Shown: positions 44,411 to 55,617, counted from the stretch's first letter. The stretch: 64,000 nt of DNA from Clostridia bacterium (GCA_040772685.1 JAXGXQ010000001.1:321930-385929), one strand, 5' to 3'. Notes: generated by a model from the letters alone, not told the origin. Made by a program: numbers and translations.

Positions 44411-45652
44411 TTATAAACCGGGATATAGCGGATAGCGCACCAGCAGCGCGGCAACACGTTCAATGACGGCGTCCTTGCTGGCAGGATATTCATTCAAGGT
44501 AAGGGTAATCAGCTCCGCGATTTCATCCATGTCCGCAGTATTGAGCCCGCGTGTAGTGACAGCCGGGGTGCCAAGCCGGATGCCGCTGGTGATGAATGGC
44601 TTTTCGGGATCAAAAGGAATTCCGTTTTTGTTGCAGGTAATGTTCACGTCATCCAGACGCAGCTGGAGATCCTTACCAGTTACACCAGTGCCAATCAGAT
44701 TCACCAGCATCAGATGATTGTCTGTACCACCGGAAACAAGGTTGATACCGCGTTTCTGCAGGCCTGCTGCCAGTGCCTGGGCATTATCGATAATCCGTTG
44801 CTGATACTGCTTGAAATCCGGCTGCAGAGCTTCGCGGAATGCAACAGCCTTGCCGGCGATTACATGCATCAGAGGGCCACCCTGTGTTCCCGGAAAAATT
44901 GCCGAATTAATGGCTTTTGCGTGTTCCTCACGGCAGAGAATCATGCCGCCGCGGGGGCCGCGCAGAGTCTTATGAGTGGTTGTAGTAACTACATCCGCGT
45001 AGGGCACGGGGCTGGGATGCAGGCCTGCCGCAACTAAACCGGCAATATGAGCCATATCGACAAACAGGTATGCGCCGACTTCATCGGCAATGGCGCGGAA
45101 ACGGGCGAAATCAATAAATCTGGGGTAAGCGCTGGCACCGGCAACAATCATTTTGGGTTTGACGGCGATCGCTTTTTCCCGTAAAGCGTCATAATCGATC
45201 ATACAGGTTTCGGGATCAACCTGATAAAACTCGGCGTTGTAGTAGCTGCCGGAAATATTCTTGGCCATGCCATGCGACAAGTGGCCGCCATGGTTCAGGT
45301 CCATACCCAGAATGGTATCGCCTGTTTTCAACAGAGCGAAGTATACAGCGTTATTAGCCTGGGCACCGGAATGCGGCTGGACATTGGCATGTTCCGCGCC
45401 AAACAGCTGCTTTGCCCGGTCGATGGCAAGGTTCTCGGCGATATCAACGTATTCGCAGCCGCCATAATAACGTTTGCCGGGGTAGCCTTCAGCGTATTTG
45501 TTGGTCATTACGCCGCCAACTGCTTCCAGAACAGCTTCACTTACGAAGTTTTCCGAGGCGATCAATTCAATTTTTTCACGTTGACGACTGAGTTCGGCTG
45601 CCATGGCAGCATAGAGTTCCGGATCTTCCTTCTGTACATGGATAAAATTCAT
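44411..45652 (-). CDS. glyA: Serine hydroxymethyltransferase
   Basis: Motif [17 protein letters not shown] at 45652 behind GGAGGAAG. Confidence 0.97.
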   Translation of the reverse strand: MNFIHVQKEDPELYAAMAAELSRQREKIELIASENFVSEAVLEAVGGVMTNKYAEGYPGKRYYGGCEYVDIAENLAIDRAKQLFGAEHANVQPHSGAQANNAVYFALLKTGDTILGMDLNHGGHLSHGMAKNISGSYYNAEFYQVDPETCMIDYDALREKAIAVKPKMIVAGASAYPRFIDFARFRAIADEVGAYLFVDMAHIAGLVAAGLHPSPVPYADVVTTTTHKTLRGPRGGMILCREEHAKAINSAIFPGTQGGPLMHVIAGKAVAFREALQPDFKQYQQRIIDNAQALAAGLQKRGINLVSGGTDNHLMLVNLIGTGVTGKDLQLRLDDVNITCNKNGIPFDPEKPFITSGIRLGTPAVTTRGLNTADMDEIAELITLTLNEYPASKDAVIERVAALLVRYPLYPGL

Positions 45653-45793
45653 CTGGGCTTCCTCCTGTTTTTCCACGTCAAGCCGATTTGCCGGCAACCG
45701 GATCCGGGCCTTGGCCCAAAGCCGTGACGGGAACTGTTTCTATTCTATCGAATCATGATAGTTTGTAAAGTTTGGCGCAGCTTTTGTAAGCAG

Positions 45794-46789
45794 TCAGAGC
45801 GTGCTTTCTGTCTGAATCCGGTACAGCTCATCCGCGGCCGGCGGTTCGAGCGGCGATTTGCCGGCAGGTCCTGTCTGCCAGCGTTCCGGACCCTTTGTCA
45901 GCTCGCCAATTGCTGCTGCCGGGATACCAGCCACAGCCAGAGCATCTAGCACTACTGCCGGTTCTGGGGTTGCGATCAACAAGCTGCCGCTGGCAAGCAA
46001 ACGATAGGGATCCAAAGCTAAAGCGCCTGTAATCCGGGCAGTCAAGGGATCGACACTGATATCGGCCAGCCTGACTTCGCAGCCGCAGCCTGCAGCATCG
46101 GATAATTCGTAAACAGCGCCCAGGATGCCCCCTTCGGTACTGTCGTGCAGTCCATGGACAGGCAAATTGGCGCAGAGGACTCCTTCGGGGATTACACTGA
46201 TTTCTTCAATCAGGTTTTGAGCAGCGGTTAATTCTGCCTCGCTCAGCACATCTTTAAGCCGTTCAGCCTGGTCAGCGGCCAGAATCGCGGTGCCTTCCAG
46301 ACCGGCGGTTTTTGTCATTATCAAGGTATCGCCAGGCTTACAGTTGCGGCTGTCGATCGGTTGCTTGCCGGCGCTGAAACCAAACGCTGTGGTCATGATC
46401 ACAAAGCGGGTGACAGCGTCTGACACTTCCGTATGTCCGCCGATTATGCTTACACCAATTGACTTAGCGGCTGAGGCTGCGTCGTCAATTACAGTGCTTA
46501 ATTCAGCCTCTGTGGCGTCCGGAGGCGCGATTACAACCATAGTCAGCGCCGTTGGCATTATCGCGCAGGCGGCAATGTCGTTACAGGAGATATGTACAGC
46601 GAGGCGGCCGATGTTGGCGGCGGCACCGGTAATCGGGTCAGCAGAAACCACCAGAAAACCGGGCGGGCTTTTGACTAACGCGCAATCAATGCCAATACCG
46701 GCTCCGGCAACGACATCCTCGCCTAAAGGCGGCAGCCGGTCCAGGATGAGTTTTTGTAATTGTTCATTGCTGAGTTTGCCTGTTTTCAT
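45794..46789 (-). CDS. AIR-synthase-related (PurM/ThiL/HypE/SelD superfamily) protein
   Basis: N-terminal ...GIDCALV...VVSADPITG and a GGHTEVS motif typical of the PurM-like fold. ATGA overlap with the thiI stop. Confidence 0.75.
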   Translation of the reverse strand: MKTGKLSNEQLQKLILDRLPPLGEDVVAGAGIGIDCALVKSPPGFLVVSADPITGAAANIGRLAVHISCNDIAACAIMPTALTMVVIAPPDATEAELSTVIDDAASAAKSIGVSIIGGHTEVSDAVTRFVIMTTAFGFSAGKQPIDSRNCKPGDTLIMTKTAGLEGTAILAADQAERLKDVLSEAELTAAQNLIEEISVIPEGVLCANLPVHGLHDSTEGGILGAVYELSDAAGCGCEVRLADISVDPLTARITGALALDPYRLLASGSLLIATPEPAVVLDALAVAGIPAAAIGELTKGPERWQTGPAGKSPLEPPAADELYRIQTESTL

Positions 46790-47997
46790 AAGCGGATAAC
46801 CTCAACATTTGCCAGACCGTTGGCAACCAGCTCGGGAATATTAAGCTTTGCTTCGGCGGCATAAGTCTGTTCCAGGCTTGGATGTGTTACTGGATGCGGA
46901 TCCACAAACACAGTGCAGCAGTCTTCATAGGGCTGAATCGAGGTTTCGAAGGTGCCGATCCGGCGGGCAAGATTAACAGTGTCATCCTTGTCGGTGCCGA
47001 TCAAAGGCCTGAAAACGAGCATGTCAACAGCATCTTCAGTGCAAATCAGGCCTTCCAGCGTCTGACTGGCCACCTGGCCCAGACTTTCGCCGGTTATAAG
47101 GGCTTTACAACCATTCTGCAATGCCAGTTCGCGGGCGATCCGCATCATCATCCGGCGCATGATAATAGTCATCATTTCAGAGGGACTGTTATCGCGCAGA
47201 GCCAACTGGATATCAGTAAAATGCACTATATGCAAAGTAAGCCGGCCGCTGTATACACTGAGCTGCCGTGCCAGGTCAATCACCTTTTCCTTGGCTTGTT
47301 CACTGGTAAACGGATGAGCATGAAAATATACCGCTGATATTTCCATACCGCGCGAGGCCATCAGATAGCCGGCGACGGGGCTGTCGATGCCGCCGGAAAG
47401 CAGGAGCATTCCTTTGCCGCTGGTTCCAACCGGCAGACCCCGCTGGCCTTTGACGATCCGGCTGTACAGATAAAGCTGATCGCGTACTTCAATGTATAAA
47501 ATGAAATCGGGGTTATGAACGTCGACCGTCAGTTGCTCCGGAAAAGCGGTAACCAGGTCGCCGCCGATTTCGCTGCTGATCTCCGGTGAAGTTAAGGGGA
47601 ATTGTTTATTGCCCCGGCGGCTTTCAACCTTAAAACTCTGTGGCCCTTTGGCCGCCAGAATTTCGGCAGCATAAGCGACAGCCGCGGCTTTGAGCTCTGG
47701 CAGATCGCCGGGCACTCTCCAGACAGGGCTGGCTGATACAATACCGAAAACGCTGGTTGCCGCTTGCAGTAAAGCTTCGACATCGTACACCGCTTCTGGG
47801 TTGGCAGCTTCGATCCAAAGCTGGGATTGTTTTTGTGAAATACTGAAAGAGCCTAGCGGGCGTAAACGGCGCTTAAGATTGCCGATCAGCCTTTGCTCGA
47901 ATTTTCTTCTGTTCATGCCTTTAAGTGTAATTTCACCGATCCTGGCCAGGATCAGATCCGTTTTGCTAAAAGCTGTGTTGTTTGTGTCTTGGGACAT
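46786..47997 (-). CDS. thiI: tRNA 4-thiouridine(8) synthase ThiI
   Basis: A THUMP N-terminal domain and the PP-loop LLSGGIDSPVAGYL. There is no rhodanese domain (403 aa). Confidence 0.9.
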   Translation of the reverse strand: MSQDTNNTAFSKTDLILARIGEITLKGMNRRKFEQRLIGNLKRRLRPLGSFSISQKQSQLWIEAANPEAVYDVEALLQAATSVFGIVSASPVWRVPGDLPELKAAAVAYAAEILAAKGPQSFKVESRRGNKQFPLTSPEISSEIGGDLVTAFPEQLTVDVHNPDFILYIEVRDQLYLYSRIVKGQRGLPVGTSGKGMLLLSGGIDSPVAGYLMASRGMEISAVYFHAHPFTSEQAKEKVIDLARQLSVYSGRLTLHIVHFTDIQLALRDNSPSEMMTIIMRRMMMRIARELALQNGCKALITGESLGQVASQTLEGLICTEDAVDMLVFRPLIGTDKDDTVNLARRIGTFETSIQPYEDCCTVFVDPHPVTHPSLEQTYAAEAKLNIPELVANGLANVEVIRL

Positions 47998-48016
47998 TCT
48001 TCCTCCTGATTGCTGA

Positions 48017-49168
48017 TTAGCGGGATAATTGATTATAAACCTTTAACAAAGCCGCTGCCGCTACTTCGATGTCATTTGCGCCAGTATTACGGCCAAGGCT
48101 GATTCTAACAACTTCGCGCGCGGCTTTATCGGTCAGGCCCATTGCCCTTAAAATCGGGCTGGCTGCTGCTTTGCGTGCCGCACAGGCAGAACCGGCAGAT
48201 ATCATGATACCTTCAGCGGAAAGCGCGTTTGCCAATGTCTCACCGCGCAGGCCGGGGGTGCGTATCGATACAATGTGCGGAACTTTGGTGGCTGTGCAAA
48301 CGGGACTCAAGCCCGAACCTGGCACAAAAAGCAAAGCGTTTAATTGCCGCTCCAGCCCGGCGATGCGTTCGCTTTCAGCGGCGGCTGAATTGACTGCTTT
48401 TTCCATGGCCAAAACCAGCGCTTCTGCCAGCGGTGGATTTTCCGTACCGGAACGCCGGTTTTCCTGCTGGCCGCCGCCGGCAATTAATGGTGTAATCGCA
48501 AAATTCTTGCGTCCAATTAATAAGCCAATGCCGCGCGGCGCACCGAATTTATGGCCGCTAAGTGTCATCAGGTCGGCTTTTGACTGTTTGAAAGAAAGCG
48601 GCAAGCGCCCGAGTGCCTGTACAGCATCGATATGAATTTTAGTTCGCGGGCTGATTTTGTTGCGCAAAGCAGCGATTTCTGCCACTGGTGCGATAGCACC
48701 GGTTTCGTTATTGACCAGCATATAGGAGATTACCAGCGGCTTTTCTGACAGGGCAGCTGCTACTGATTCAAGGTCAATAGCGCCGGTTGCGGTGAGCCCG
48801 AATGTGTGAACCACAACACCGTTACGGGCAAGTGTTTCAGCAGTTTCACGGGTTGCGGCATGTTCACCTGCACAAACGGCAAGACCGCCGGACCAGACAC
48901 GGCCGGCAGGGAAAAAGCTCTTCAATGCCGTGTTGATTGACTCACTTGCGCCGGAAGTCAGGATAATTTCCCGAGGCTGACAGTCAAGCAAATTGGCCAT
49001 TTGACTGCAGGCTTGTTCTAGTGTTTTCCGGGCTTCTTGCCCCAGTTGATGGGTTGAAGCAGGGTTGGCATAGGATGCCAGCAACCGCTCACAGTAAAAG
49101 CGCACAACTTCCGGATACGGTGGGGTTGTGGCGCTATAATCCAAATAAATAATATCAGTGCCAGACAA
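48017..49168 (-). CDS. Cysteine desulfurase, NifZ/IscS2-like partner of ThiI
   Basis: PLP Lys in TLSGHKFGAPRG and Cys in SAGSACA. It sits immediately upstream of thiI, as in B. subtilis nifZ-thiI. Confidence 0.85.
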   Translation of the reverse strand: MSGTDIIYLDYSATTPPYPEVVRFYCERLLASYANPASTHQLGQEARKTLEQACSQMANLLDCQPREIILTSGASESINTALKSFFPAGRVWSGGLAVCAGEHAATRETAETLARNGVVVHTFGLTATGAIDLESVAAALSEKPLVISYMLVNNETGAIAPVAEIAALRNKISPRTKIHIDAVQALGRLPLSFKQSKADLMTLSGHKFGAPRGIGLLIGRKNFAITPLIAGGGQQENRRSGTENPPLAEALVLAMEKAVNSAAAESERIAGLERQLNALLFVPGSGLSPVCTATKVPHIVSIRTPGLRGETLANALSAEGIMISAGSACAARKAAASPILRAMGLTDKAAREVVRISLGRNTGANDIEVAAAALLKVYNQLSR

Positions 49169-49177
49169 GGCGGTATT

Positions 49178-49915
49178 TCAGCTCCTTCCGCCTTCAAAAC
49201 TTAAGATCAGCATATCAGGACGTAATAAAGCTGTCACCGATTCGCAGATAGCACCACTGCGCGATATTAGTCGGGAATTATGGATCAGAATCGGCGTGCC
49301 GCGGGAAATATCGAGCTGCTGAGCTTCTTCTCTGGCCGATGGGCGCTGAATTAATGAACTCTGCGCTTTTTGCGGCAGATAGGCGTATTTATTCGCAGTA
49401 ATGTCTACCATACGTTTGCCGGCGCGGAGGTCGGGGCCAAGTTCAGGGAACATAATCATGGGAATATGTACGCGACAGGCTGCATAAGGCAAGCCATCGA
49501 GATCAAGTGTATAGTTGATCTGCCAGTAGCCGACTCCCTGATCCGAACCTGCGCCAAAAACCCGATCCAGCTCAGGATCTGCCGGTACCTGCTCGATTGA
49601 ATCAAGCGGAAAATCCGTTATGCTGCGAGCTGACAATATGGAAAAATAAAAGGCTGAATATGATTTCAGATCGATCCGTTCAGGTTCTGAAGCAACAAAG
49701 GTGCCTCTTCCCTTGTGGATTATCAACAGTCCTTCATTGACCAGTTCTGCAATGGCCTGCCTGACTGTAGGACGGCTCAAATCGAGTTCCTCGCAAAGCG
49801 CGAGCTCTGATGGAATCTGTTCCCCGCGCTGCCAGGTGCCGTCGGCTATGCGTTCACTTAATAATTCTTTTAGTTGGGCATAAAGCGGGATGGTGCTGCG
49901 CTTGTCAATTTTCAT
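49178..49915 (-). CDS. GntR-family (HutC/UTRA subfamily) transcriptional regulator
   Basis: wHTH IPSELALCEELDLSRPTVRQAIAELVNEGLL and a C-terminal UTRA-like domain. Confidence 0.9.
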   Translation of the reverse strand: MKIDKRSTIPLYAQLKELLSERIADGTWQRGEQIPSELALCEELDLSRPTVRQAIAELVNEGLLIIHKGRGTFVASEPERIDLKSYSAFYFSILSARSITDFPLDSIEQVPADPELDRVFGAGSDQGVGYWQINYTLDLDGLPYAACRVHIPMIMFPELGPDLRAGKRMVDITANKYAYLPQKAQSSLIQRPSAREEAQQLDISRGTPILIHNSRLISRSGAICESVTALLRPDMLILSFEGGRS

Positions 49916-50038
49916 TAATCGAGCCTCCTTCTGGTAACCGATGCGAACATCATATCATGAAGGCAACAGTTAATAAAACGAAAATGCTCTTGATCTCTGT
50001 TACAATTAATTAATTCGCGTTGGTTTTGGAGGGGAAAA

Positions 50039-50761
50039 ATGGTGCAAAACAAGGCCGATCAGAAGCCACAGTCAACAGCAGCAGTAAAAACCCGCCGTTT
50101 CGTTGTTTATCGTGATTTCATGCTGCTTTTTGCTGTAGTAATTGTTGCTGCAGGTGTTACCCTGATGGCTCGTTCAGATTTTGGCATTTCCGCTGTCAGT
50201 TCTGTGCCCTATGTGTTTAGTCTGCATTTTACCCAGCTCAGCTTTGGCACCTGGTCATTTATTTCGTACATTACTGTAATCAGCGTGACCATGCTTCTGA
50301 CCCGCAACTTTGAGCTGTTTTATCTGGTTTCATTATTTATCTCAGTACTTTCGGGTATTTTTAATGATGTATTTAAATATCTGTGGTCTTTCTTGCCGCT
50401 TTCTCTGAGTCTCAGGGTTGTTTATTTTCTGATTGGCTGGTCGATGCTCACATTGGGCATTGCCTGCTTTATCAAAAGTGAGTTGCCGCCCGGGCCATAC
50501 GAACTGTTTGTCAGCGAACTTGCCAGGTTGAAAGGCGTTCCGGTGGCGCGCGGTAAAACACTGCTTGATTTAGCGGGCGTGACAATCTCTACCATTTTTC
50601 TGATTTTTGTACTTAGACGCCTGGCAGGCATTGGCCCCGGAACTGTACTGGCCGCTCTGTTTAACGGCACGATCGCCGGTTTTATTCTCAAACACATGGA
50701 TAAGCGCTTGGAAATGAAATCGCTGATTTTTAAGAAGATCGGCAAACCGGGTGCTGACTAG
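50039..50761 (+). CDS. Polytopic membrane protein, YczE/YitT-like, function unknown
   Basis: A 240-aa protein with about six TM segments. GGAGGGG lies upstream. The family assignment is from recall only. Confidence 0.5.
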   Translation: MVQNKADQKPQSTAAVKTRRFVVYRDFMLLFAVVIVAAGVTLMARSDFGISAVSSVPYVFSLHFTQLSFGTWSFISYITVISVTMLLTRNFELFYLVSLFISVLSGIFNDVFKYLWSFLPLSLSLRVVYFLIGWSMLTLGIACFIKSELPPGPYELFVSELARLKGVPVARGKTLLDLAGVTISTIFLIFVLRRLAGIGPGTVLAALFNGTIAGFILKHMDKRLEMKSLIFKKIGKPGAD

Positions 50762-52188
50762 ACGCGAAGTTCAGACTGCACGCTATCGCCTTCAGGTTCA
50801 GCTGCCAGCAATGGTTCAATTACCTCGCGCAGGAATTCCTCTACCTGGCCAACTGAACGGCCAATATAGTCGTCAGCATTAAGCAGTTCTGCCAAATTTT
50901 CCTGATGCAGACCGAACGCCGGGTCAGCCGCAATGCGTTCCAATAAGTCGTTGGGCAAGCCGTCGGCTTTTACTCTGTTCCCTGCAGCCATGGAGTGTAC
51001 CCGGATCCGCTCATGCAGGTCCTGACGGTCGCCGCCCTGCTTTACGGCTGCCATCAAGATGTTTTCCGTCGCCATAAAGGGCAGCTCAGCAGCAATGCGA
51101 GCTGCGATTACCTTGGGGTAGACAACCAGTCCGCCGGCAATGTTCAAATAAAGATTCAGAATTGCATCAGTCGCCAGGAAGGCTTCAGGTACAGAAAGCC
51201 GTTTATTGGCGGAATCGTCGAGTGTGCGCTCGAACCACTGCTCGGCGGCGGTAAAAGCCGGATTTAAGGCGTTGATGATCACGTGGCGGGAAAGCGCTGC
51301 CATGCGTTCACTGCGCATGGGATTGCGCTTGTAAGCCATGGCAGAAGAACCAATTTGAGTTCTTTCAAACGGTTCTTCAATTTCCTTCAGATGCTGCAGC
51401 AGGCGAAGATCGTTGCTGAATTTGTGGGAGCTCTGCGCAATTCCGGACAAAACGTTCAGCACACGGCTGTCAACCTTGCGTGAATAAGTCTGGCCGGCGA
51501 CTGCATAAACTGAAGCAAACCCCATTTTCCTGGCTACTAAATTATCGATTTCACGAACCTTGGCTTCATCACCGTCAAATAAGGCCATGAAGCTGGCCTG
51601 GGTGCCGGTTGTGCCCTTGCTGCCCAAAAAGCGCAAGGATTCAAGAACATAATCAAGGTCTGCCAGATCCATCACCAGGTCTTGCAGCCACAGGGTCGCG
51701 CGCTTGCCAACAGTAACCAGCTGTGCCGGCTGAAAATGGGTAAAACCAAGTGTCGGCAGGCCGCGGAACTTATAGGCAAAGCCGGACAGCTGGCGGATTA
51801 CAGCAACCAGCTGACGACGCAGCAGGCGAAGCCCTTCTACCATCAGAATCAGATCAGTGTTGTCGCCTACATAGCAAGAGGTGGCGCCAAGATGAATGAT
51901 AGGTTTTGCCAACGGACATAGTTCTCCGAAAGCATGTACATGCGCCATGACATCATGCCGCACCAGCGCTTCTTCACGTTCAGCTGCCTCGTAATTGATA
52001 TTTTCGACCTGGGCTTTCATTTCAGCGATCTGCTCATCGCTGATCGGCAGTCCCAACTCCTTTTCGGCTTCTGCCAGTGCCACCCAGAGCTTTCGCCAGG
52101 TTTTGAACTTGTAATCAGGAGAAAACAAGTTTTGCATAGCCTTGCTGGCATAGCGTGAGGCCAGCGGAGATTCGTAAATATCCTTCAT
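50758..52188 (-). CDS. purB: Adenylosuccinate lyase
   Basis: Fumarate-lyase signature [11 protein letters not shown]. Length 476 aa. Confidence 0.95.
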   Translation of the reverse strand: MKDIYESPLASRYASKAMQNLFSPDYKFKTWRKLWVALAEAEKELGLPISDEQIAEMKAQVENINYEAAEREEALVRHDVMAHVHAFGELCPLAKPIIHLGATSCYVGDNTDLILMVEGLRLLRRQLVAVIRQLSGFAYKFRGLPTLGFTHFQPAQLVTVGKRATLWLQDLVMDLADLDYVLESLRFLGSKGTTGTQASFMALFDGDEAKVREIDNLVARKMGFASVYAVAGQTYSRKVDSRVLNVLSGIAQSSHKFSNDLRLLQHLKEIEEPFERTQIGSSAMAYKRNPMRSERMAALSRHVIINALNPAFTAAEQWFERTLDDSANKRLSVPEAFLATDAILNLYLNIAGGLVVYPKVIAARIAAELPFMATENILMAAVKQGGDRQDLHERIRVHSMAAGNRVKADGLPNDLLERIAADPAFGLHQENLAELLNADDYIGRSVGQVEEFLREVIEPLLAAEPEGDSVQSELRV

Positions 52189-52190
52189 GA

Positions 52191-53477
52191 TTACTTCTCC
52201 ATCAGGATTTTGTTTACTGCCGCCAACTGAATGCAGGTGCAGAGGACATCTACTGCTGTTTCCAGTTCGGGAATTGTCGGGAAAGACGGAGCCAGGCGAA
52301 TATTACTGTCTTCCGGATCTTTGCCATATGGATAAGGATTTCCCGCAGGGGTCAACTGAACCCCCGCTTCACCGGCCAGGCGGACAACCTCAGAAGCTGT
52401 GCCCGGAAGAACAAACAGGCTGATGAAATACCCGCCGCGTGGGTGGTTGAAGCAACAACAGCCTGTTCCGCTCAAACGTTCGTCGAGAATTCTCAAAGCC
52501 GCCTCAAATTTGGGGCGTAAAATCGCGGCATGCCGGGCCATAATAGCTTCAACACCTGCTTTATTATGTAAAAAGCGGATATGCCGCAGCTGGTTGACTT
52601 TATCCGGGCCGATGCTTTGAATCATCATGTGTTTGCGTACCCAGGCCAGGTTGTTTGGACTGGAAGCCACACACGCCACGCCGGCACCCGCGAAAGTAAT
52701 TTTGGAAGCCGAGGCAAATTCGAATACGCGGTCAGGGTGACCGTTTTCAGCACATAAACTAATTATATCCGGCACGCGTTCCTGATTTTCAGGATACAGA
52801 TGGTGCACCACATAGGCGTTATCCCAGAACAGGCGGAAATCAGGCGCTGCAGTTTCCATTGCAGCCAGGCGGCGGCAGGTTGCAGCTGATGTTGTGATTC
52901 CGTCAGGATTACTGTAAACAGGTACGAGCCACATGCCTTTGATGGACGGGTCTGCAGCAACCAGTGCTTCAACTTTATCCATGTCCGGCCCTGTCGGCAG
53001 CATCGGCACGTTGATCATTTCGATTCCAAAACTATTTGTGAGAAAGAAATGGCGGTCATAACCTGGAACCGGACAGATAAAACGGACTTTTTCTTCTTTG
53101 CCCCAGGGGCGTTCGGCCCCTGGCAGTGCAAACAGCATAGCCCGGGCAACGGTGTCGTACATTAAATTCAAACTGGAGTTGCCGGCAGCAATTACATTTT
53201 CTTGTTTTGTGTCCAGCAACTCTGCGAATAAAGCGCGCATTTCTGCCAGCCCTTCCGGACAGCCATAATTGCGGGCATCTATGCCTTCTGCTGACAGGTA
53301 ATTGTGGTCCGACAAAACGGTGCTGAGTTCGTTGGAAAGATCAAGCTGTTCCCTGCACGGTTTACCGCGAGTCATATCCAGTTTGAGTCCGGCAGATTTT
53401 GCCTTTGAATACTGTTGGTTTAATTCAGCTTGCAGGCTCTGCAGCTGCTCAACAGAATATTCCTGAAATGAAAGCAT
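52191..53477 (-). CDS. PLP-dependent aminotransferase, class I/II fold
   Basis: About 428 aa, with an N-terminal LDMTRGKP motif and a [11 protein letters not shown] Lys context. ATG at 53477 behind AAGGAGGG. Confidence 0.75.
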   Translation of the reverse strand: MLSFQEYSVEQLQSLQAELNQQYSKAKSAGLKLDMTRGKPCREQLDLSNELSTVLSDHNYLSAEGIDARNYGCPEGLAEMRALFAELLDTKQENVIAAGNSSLNLMYDTVARAMLFALPGAERPWGKEEKVRFICPVPGYDRHFFLTNSFGIEMINVPMLPTGPDMDKVEALVAADPSIKGMWLVPVYSNPDGITTSAATCRRLAAMETAAPDFRLFWDNAYVVHHLYPENQERVPDIISLCAENGHPDRVFEFASASKITFAGAGVACVASSPNNLAWVRKHMMIQSIGPDKVNQLRHIRFLHNKAGVEAIMARHAAILRPKFEAALRILDERLSGTGCCCFNHPRGGYFISLFVLPGTASEVVRLAGEAGVQLTPAGNPYPYGKDPEDSNIRLAPSFPTIPELETAVDVLCTCIQLAAVNKILMEK

Positions 53478-53575
53478 TAATGGCCCTCCTTGCACATTTC
53501 ACAATCAATGCGGCTATTATAATATAAGCCACTGGCGAGGGCAACCCGAAATAAATCGGGAAACAAGCCTGAAAG

Positions 53576-53989
53576 TTATGCAAATTCCACGGGTTCGAAA
53601 CGGATTTCCTGAACTGATCCCTGATTGTTCAACAAAACCGCTGCTGCAAGAAAAACAATTTCATCATTCATTTCAGGCTGCCTTTGTAAATAGTGCTCAG
53701 CAGCCCGCCGCAGACGCAGACGCTTTTTTGCGGTTAAGGCTGCAAACGGTCCGCCGAAATTATCGCTGCTGCTGTGTATGTTCTGACGGCTTCCTCTTGA
53801 CACCTGGCTGCGTCCCTTGACTTCAACAAAGAGTAGCCGGCCTTGCTTGGCTGCAATTATATCAAGCTCGCCAACACGCGGCACCAGATAGTTACGACGC
53901 AGGATTTTGTAATGTTTCTCCTGCAACAAAGCACAAACCGCGTTTTCCGCGATTGAACCGGTTTCGGCACTTGTCAGTTTGACAGGCAC
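53576..53989 (-). CDS. yraN: YraN-family (UPF0102) endonuclease-like protein
   Basis: Motif GELDIIA...LLFVEVKGRS, in rnhB-yraN synteny. Confidence 0.85.
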   Translation of the reverse strand: MPVKLTSAETGSIAENAVCALLQEKHYKILRRNYLVPRVGELDIIAAKQGRLLFVEVKGRSQVSRGSRQNIHSSSDNFGGPFAALTAKKRLRLRRAAEHYLQRQPEMNDEIVFLAAAVLLNNQGSVQEIRFEPVEFA

Positions 53990-54655
53990 TTAAATACCAT
54001 GCAGAAAACTGCGCCGGTGAACAGGCGTTGGGCCCAACTCCTTCAGGGCTGCAAAATGCTGTGGTGTGGGATAGCCTTTATGCCTGGCAAAGCCATAACC
54101 AGGGTAGATTTCATCCATTTCAACCATCAGCCGGTCACGGGTAACCTTAGCCAGAATTGAAGCGGCTGCTATTGATACACTGAGCGTATCACCCTTGATG
54201 ATGGGCTGTACCGGAATTCCGGTGCCTTTCAGATCGATGGCGTCGATCAAGAGCAAATCAGGTTGCTGTGAAAGGTTTCGCACTGCCAGACGCATAGCCT
54301 GCATAGTTGCCTGCAAAATATTGATCCGGTCAATTTCTTCCGGCTCGATTAACCCTATACCATAACAAATGGCAGTTTCAGTTATCTGTTCAAAAAGCGC
54401 TTCGCGCATTTCGGGTTTTAATTGCTTGGAATCATTCACACCGAAAACCGGACGCTCTGGATCCAGCAGACAAGCCGCTGCCACAACCGGGCCAGCCAGT
54501 GGCCCGCGGCCGGCTTCATCGATGCCGCATACAAGCATGTAGCCGGCTTCCTGAGCTTCACGCTCAAAAGCTGTCATTTGCTTCCACAAACTTTTTGCTG
54601 TGGGCTTTTGTGGTTTCTTGAGTTTTTCGGGGTTATTGCCCTGTGTCCGTGCCAT
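53990..54655 (-). CDS. rnhB: Ribonuclease HII
   Basis: Motif GIDEAGRGPLAGPVV. Start chosen at the ATG at 54655, 2 nt after the rbgA stop. Confidence 0.9.
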   Translation of the reverse strand: MARTQGNNPEKLKKPQKPTAKSLWKQMTAFEREAQEAGYMLVCGIDEAGRGPLAGPVVAAACLLDPERPVFGVNDSKQLKPEMREALFEQITETAICYGIGLIEPEEIDRINILQATMQAMRLAVRNLSQQPDLLLIDAIDLKGTGIPVQPIIKGDTLSVSIAAASILAKVTRDRLMVEMDEIYPGYGFARHKGYPTPQHFAALKELGPTPVHRRSFLHGI

Positions 54656-54657
54656 TG

Positions 54658-55617
54658 TTATTGCGCCCTCTCCGCCTTTGCCGGCGGCCATTCCAGTGAA
54701 ATCCGGCCAATACGGCCGGCACGCAGTTCGTCAAGGAATATCCCGGCAAACCGGGCAGTGTCAGCTCTGCCGCCGCTTTGCAGGCATTTGCGCAAAAGCG
54801 CGGCTTCTTCCAGAAGCTGATAGCCAAGCGCCAGTTCCGGATCCGCCATCAGCATGGTTTCAGCTGCAACTGACTCCGAATCCCGTTCTGCCGAATCTTC
54901 AGTATCTGCGGAGGCTTCAAGCTTCATCCCCTGCCCAACCTGGTAGCGTTCCGCCAGTAAATGCGGGTAATGGACATCCAGCAGATAGATGGTTCTGGCG
55001 GCAATTTCTTCTAAATCAAGAATTACATCACGAATCGCACCGGTGGCCGCCAAAGCTATCTGGCTGGCACGGCTTTCAATTTTAGGCATCAACACTCCGG
55101 GTGTATCCAGCAGCTCCAGCTGGCCGCTGCTGCGCACCCAGGCTGTCCTGCGGGTAACGCCGGGCTTATCCTGCGCCTGAGCCGCCTTGCGCCGCACAAG
55201 CGTATTGATGAGGGTTGATTTACCTGTGTTGGGAATACCGACTATCATTGCTCTGACAGGCTGGAAAATCCGGCCGCGTTCTTTCGAACGTTCGATTTTT
55301 CCCTGCATCAGATCAATAGCGGCTTTTTGCACCTGATCCGGACCGGCACGTCGCGTACTGTCGATGGCCAGAACCTGCAAACCTTGCCGGGAGTAATATT
55401 CGAGCCACTGCTGTGTCGTTTCCGGATCAGCCAGATCTGCTTTATTTAATACTAAAATCAGCGGCTTATCGCCGGTCAGACCGGAAAGTTCAGGATTACG
55501 GCTGCTTTTCGGGATGCGGGCATCGCAGGTTTCGATCACCAGATCAACCAGTTTTACCTGATCTTTCATCTTACGCAGCGATTTTGCCATATGGCCGGGG
55601 AACCAGTTGATTTCCAT
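54658..55617 (-). CDS. rbgA: Ribosome biogenesis GTPase A (YlqF/RbgA)
   Basis: Circularly permuted GTPase motifs NKADL ... GIPNTGKSTLIN ... DTPG. It contains an acidic insertion of about 35 aa. Confidence 0.9.
   Translation of the reverse strand: MEINWFPGHMAKSLRKMKDQVKLVDLVIETCDARIPKSSRNPELSGLTGDKPLILVLNKADLADPETTQQWLEYYSRQGLQVLAIDSTRRAGPDQVQKAAIDLMQGKIERSKERGRIFQPVRAMIVGIPNTGKSTLINTLVRRKAAQAQDKPGVTRRTAWVRSSGQLELLDTPGVLMPKIESRASQIALAATGAIRDVILDLEEIAARTIYLLDVHYPHLLAERYQVGQGMKLEASADTEDSAERDSESVAAETMLMADPELALGYQLLEEAALLRKCLQSGGRADTARFAGIFLDELRAGRIGRISLEWPPAKAERAQ

Noticed and set aside
45653-45793. A possible ZTP (pfl) or THF riboswitch upstream of glyA, since folate and one-carbon genes often carry them.
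   Set aside because: The hallmark cores are absent by eye. For ZTP that means the GGGUCGUGACYGGC pseudoknot half and the CCGCCUGGGC 3' half. Only a generic GC-rich multi-hairpin is present, and it is reported separately at low confidence.
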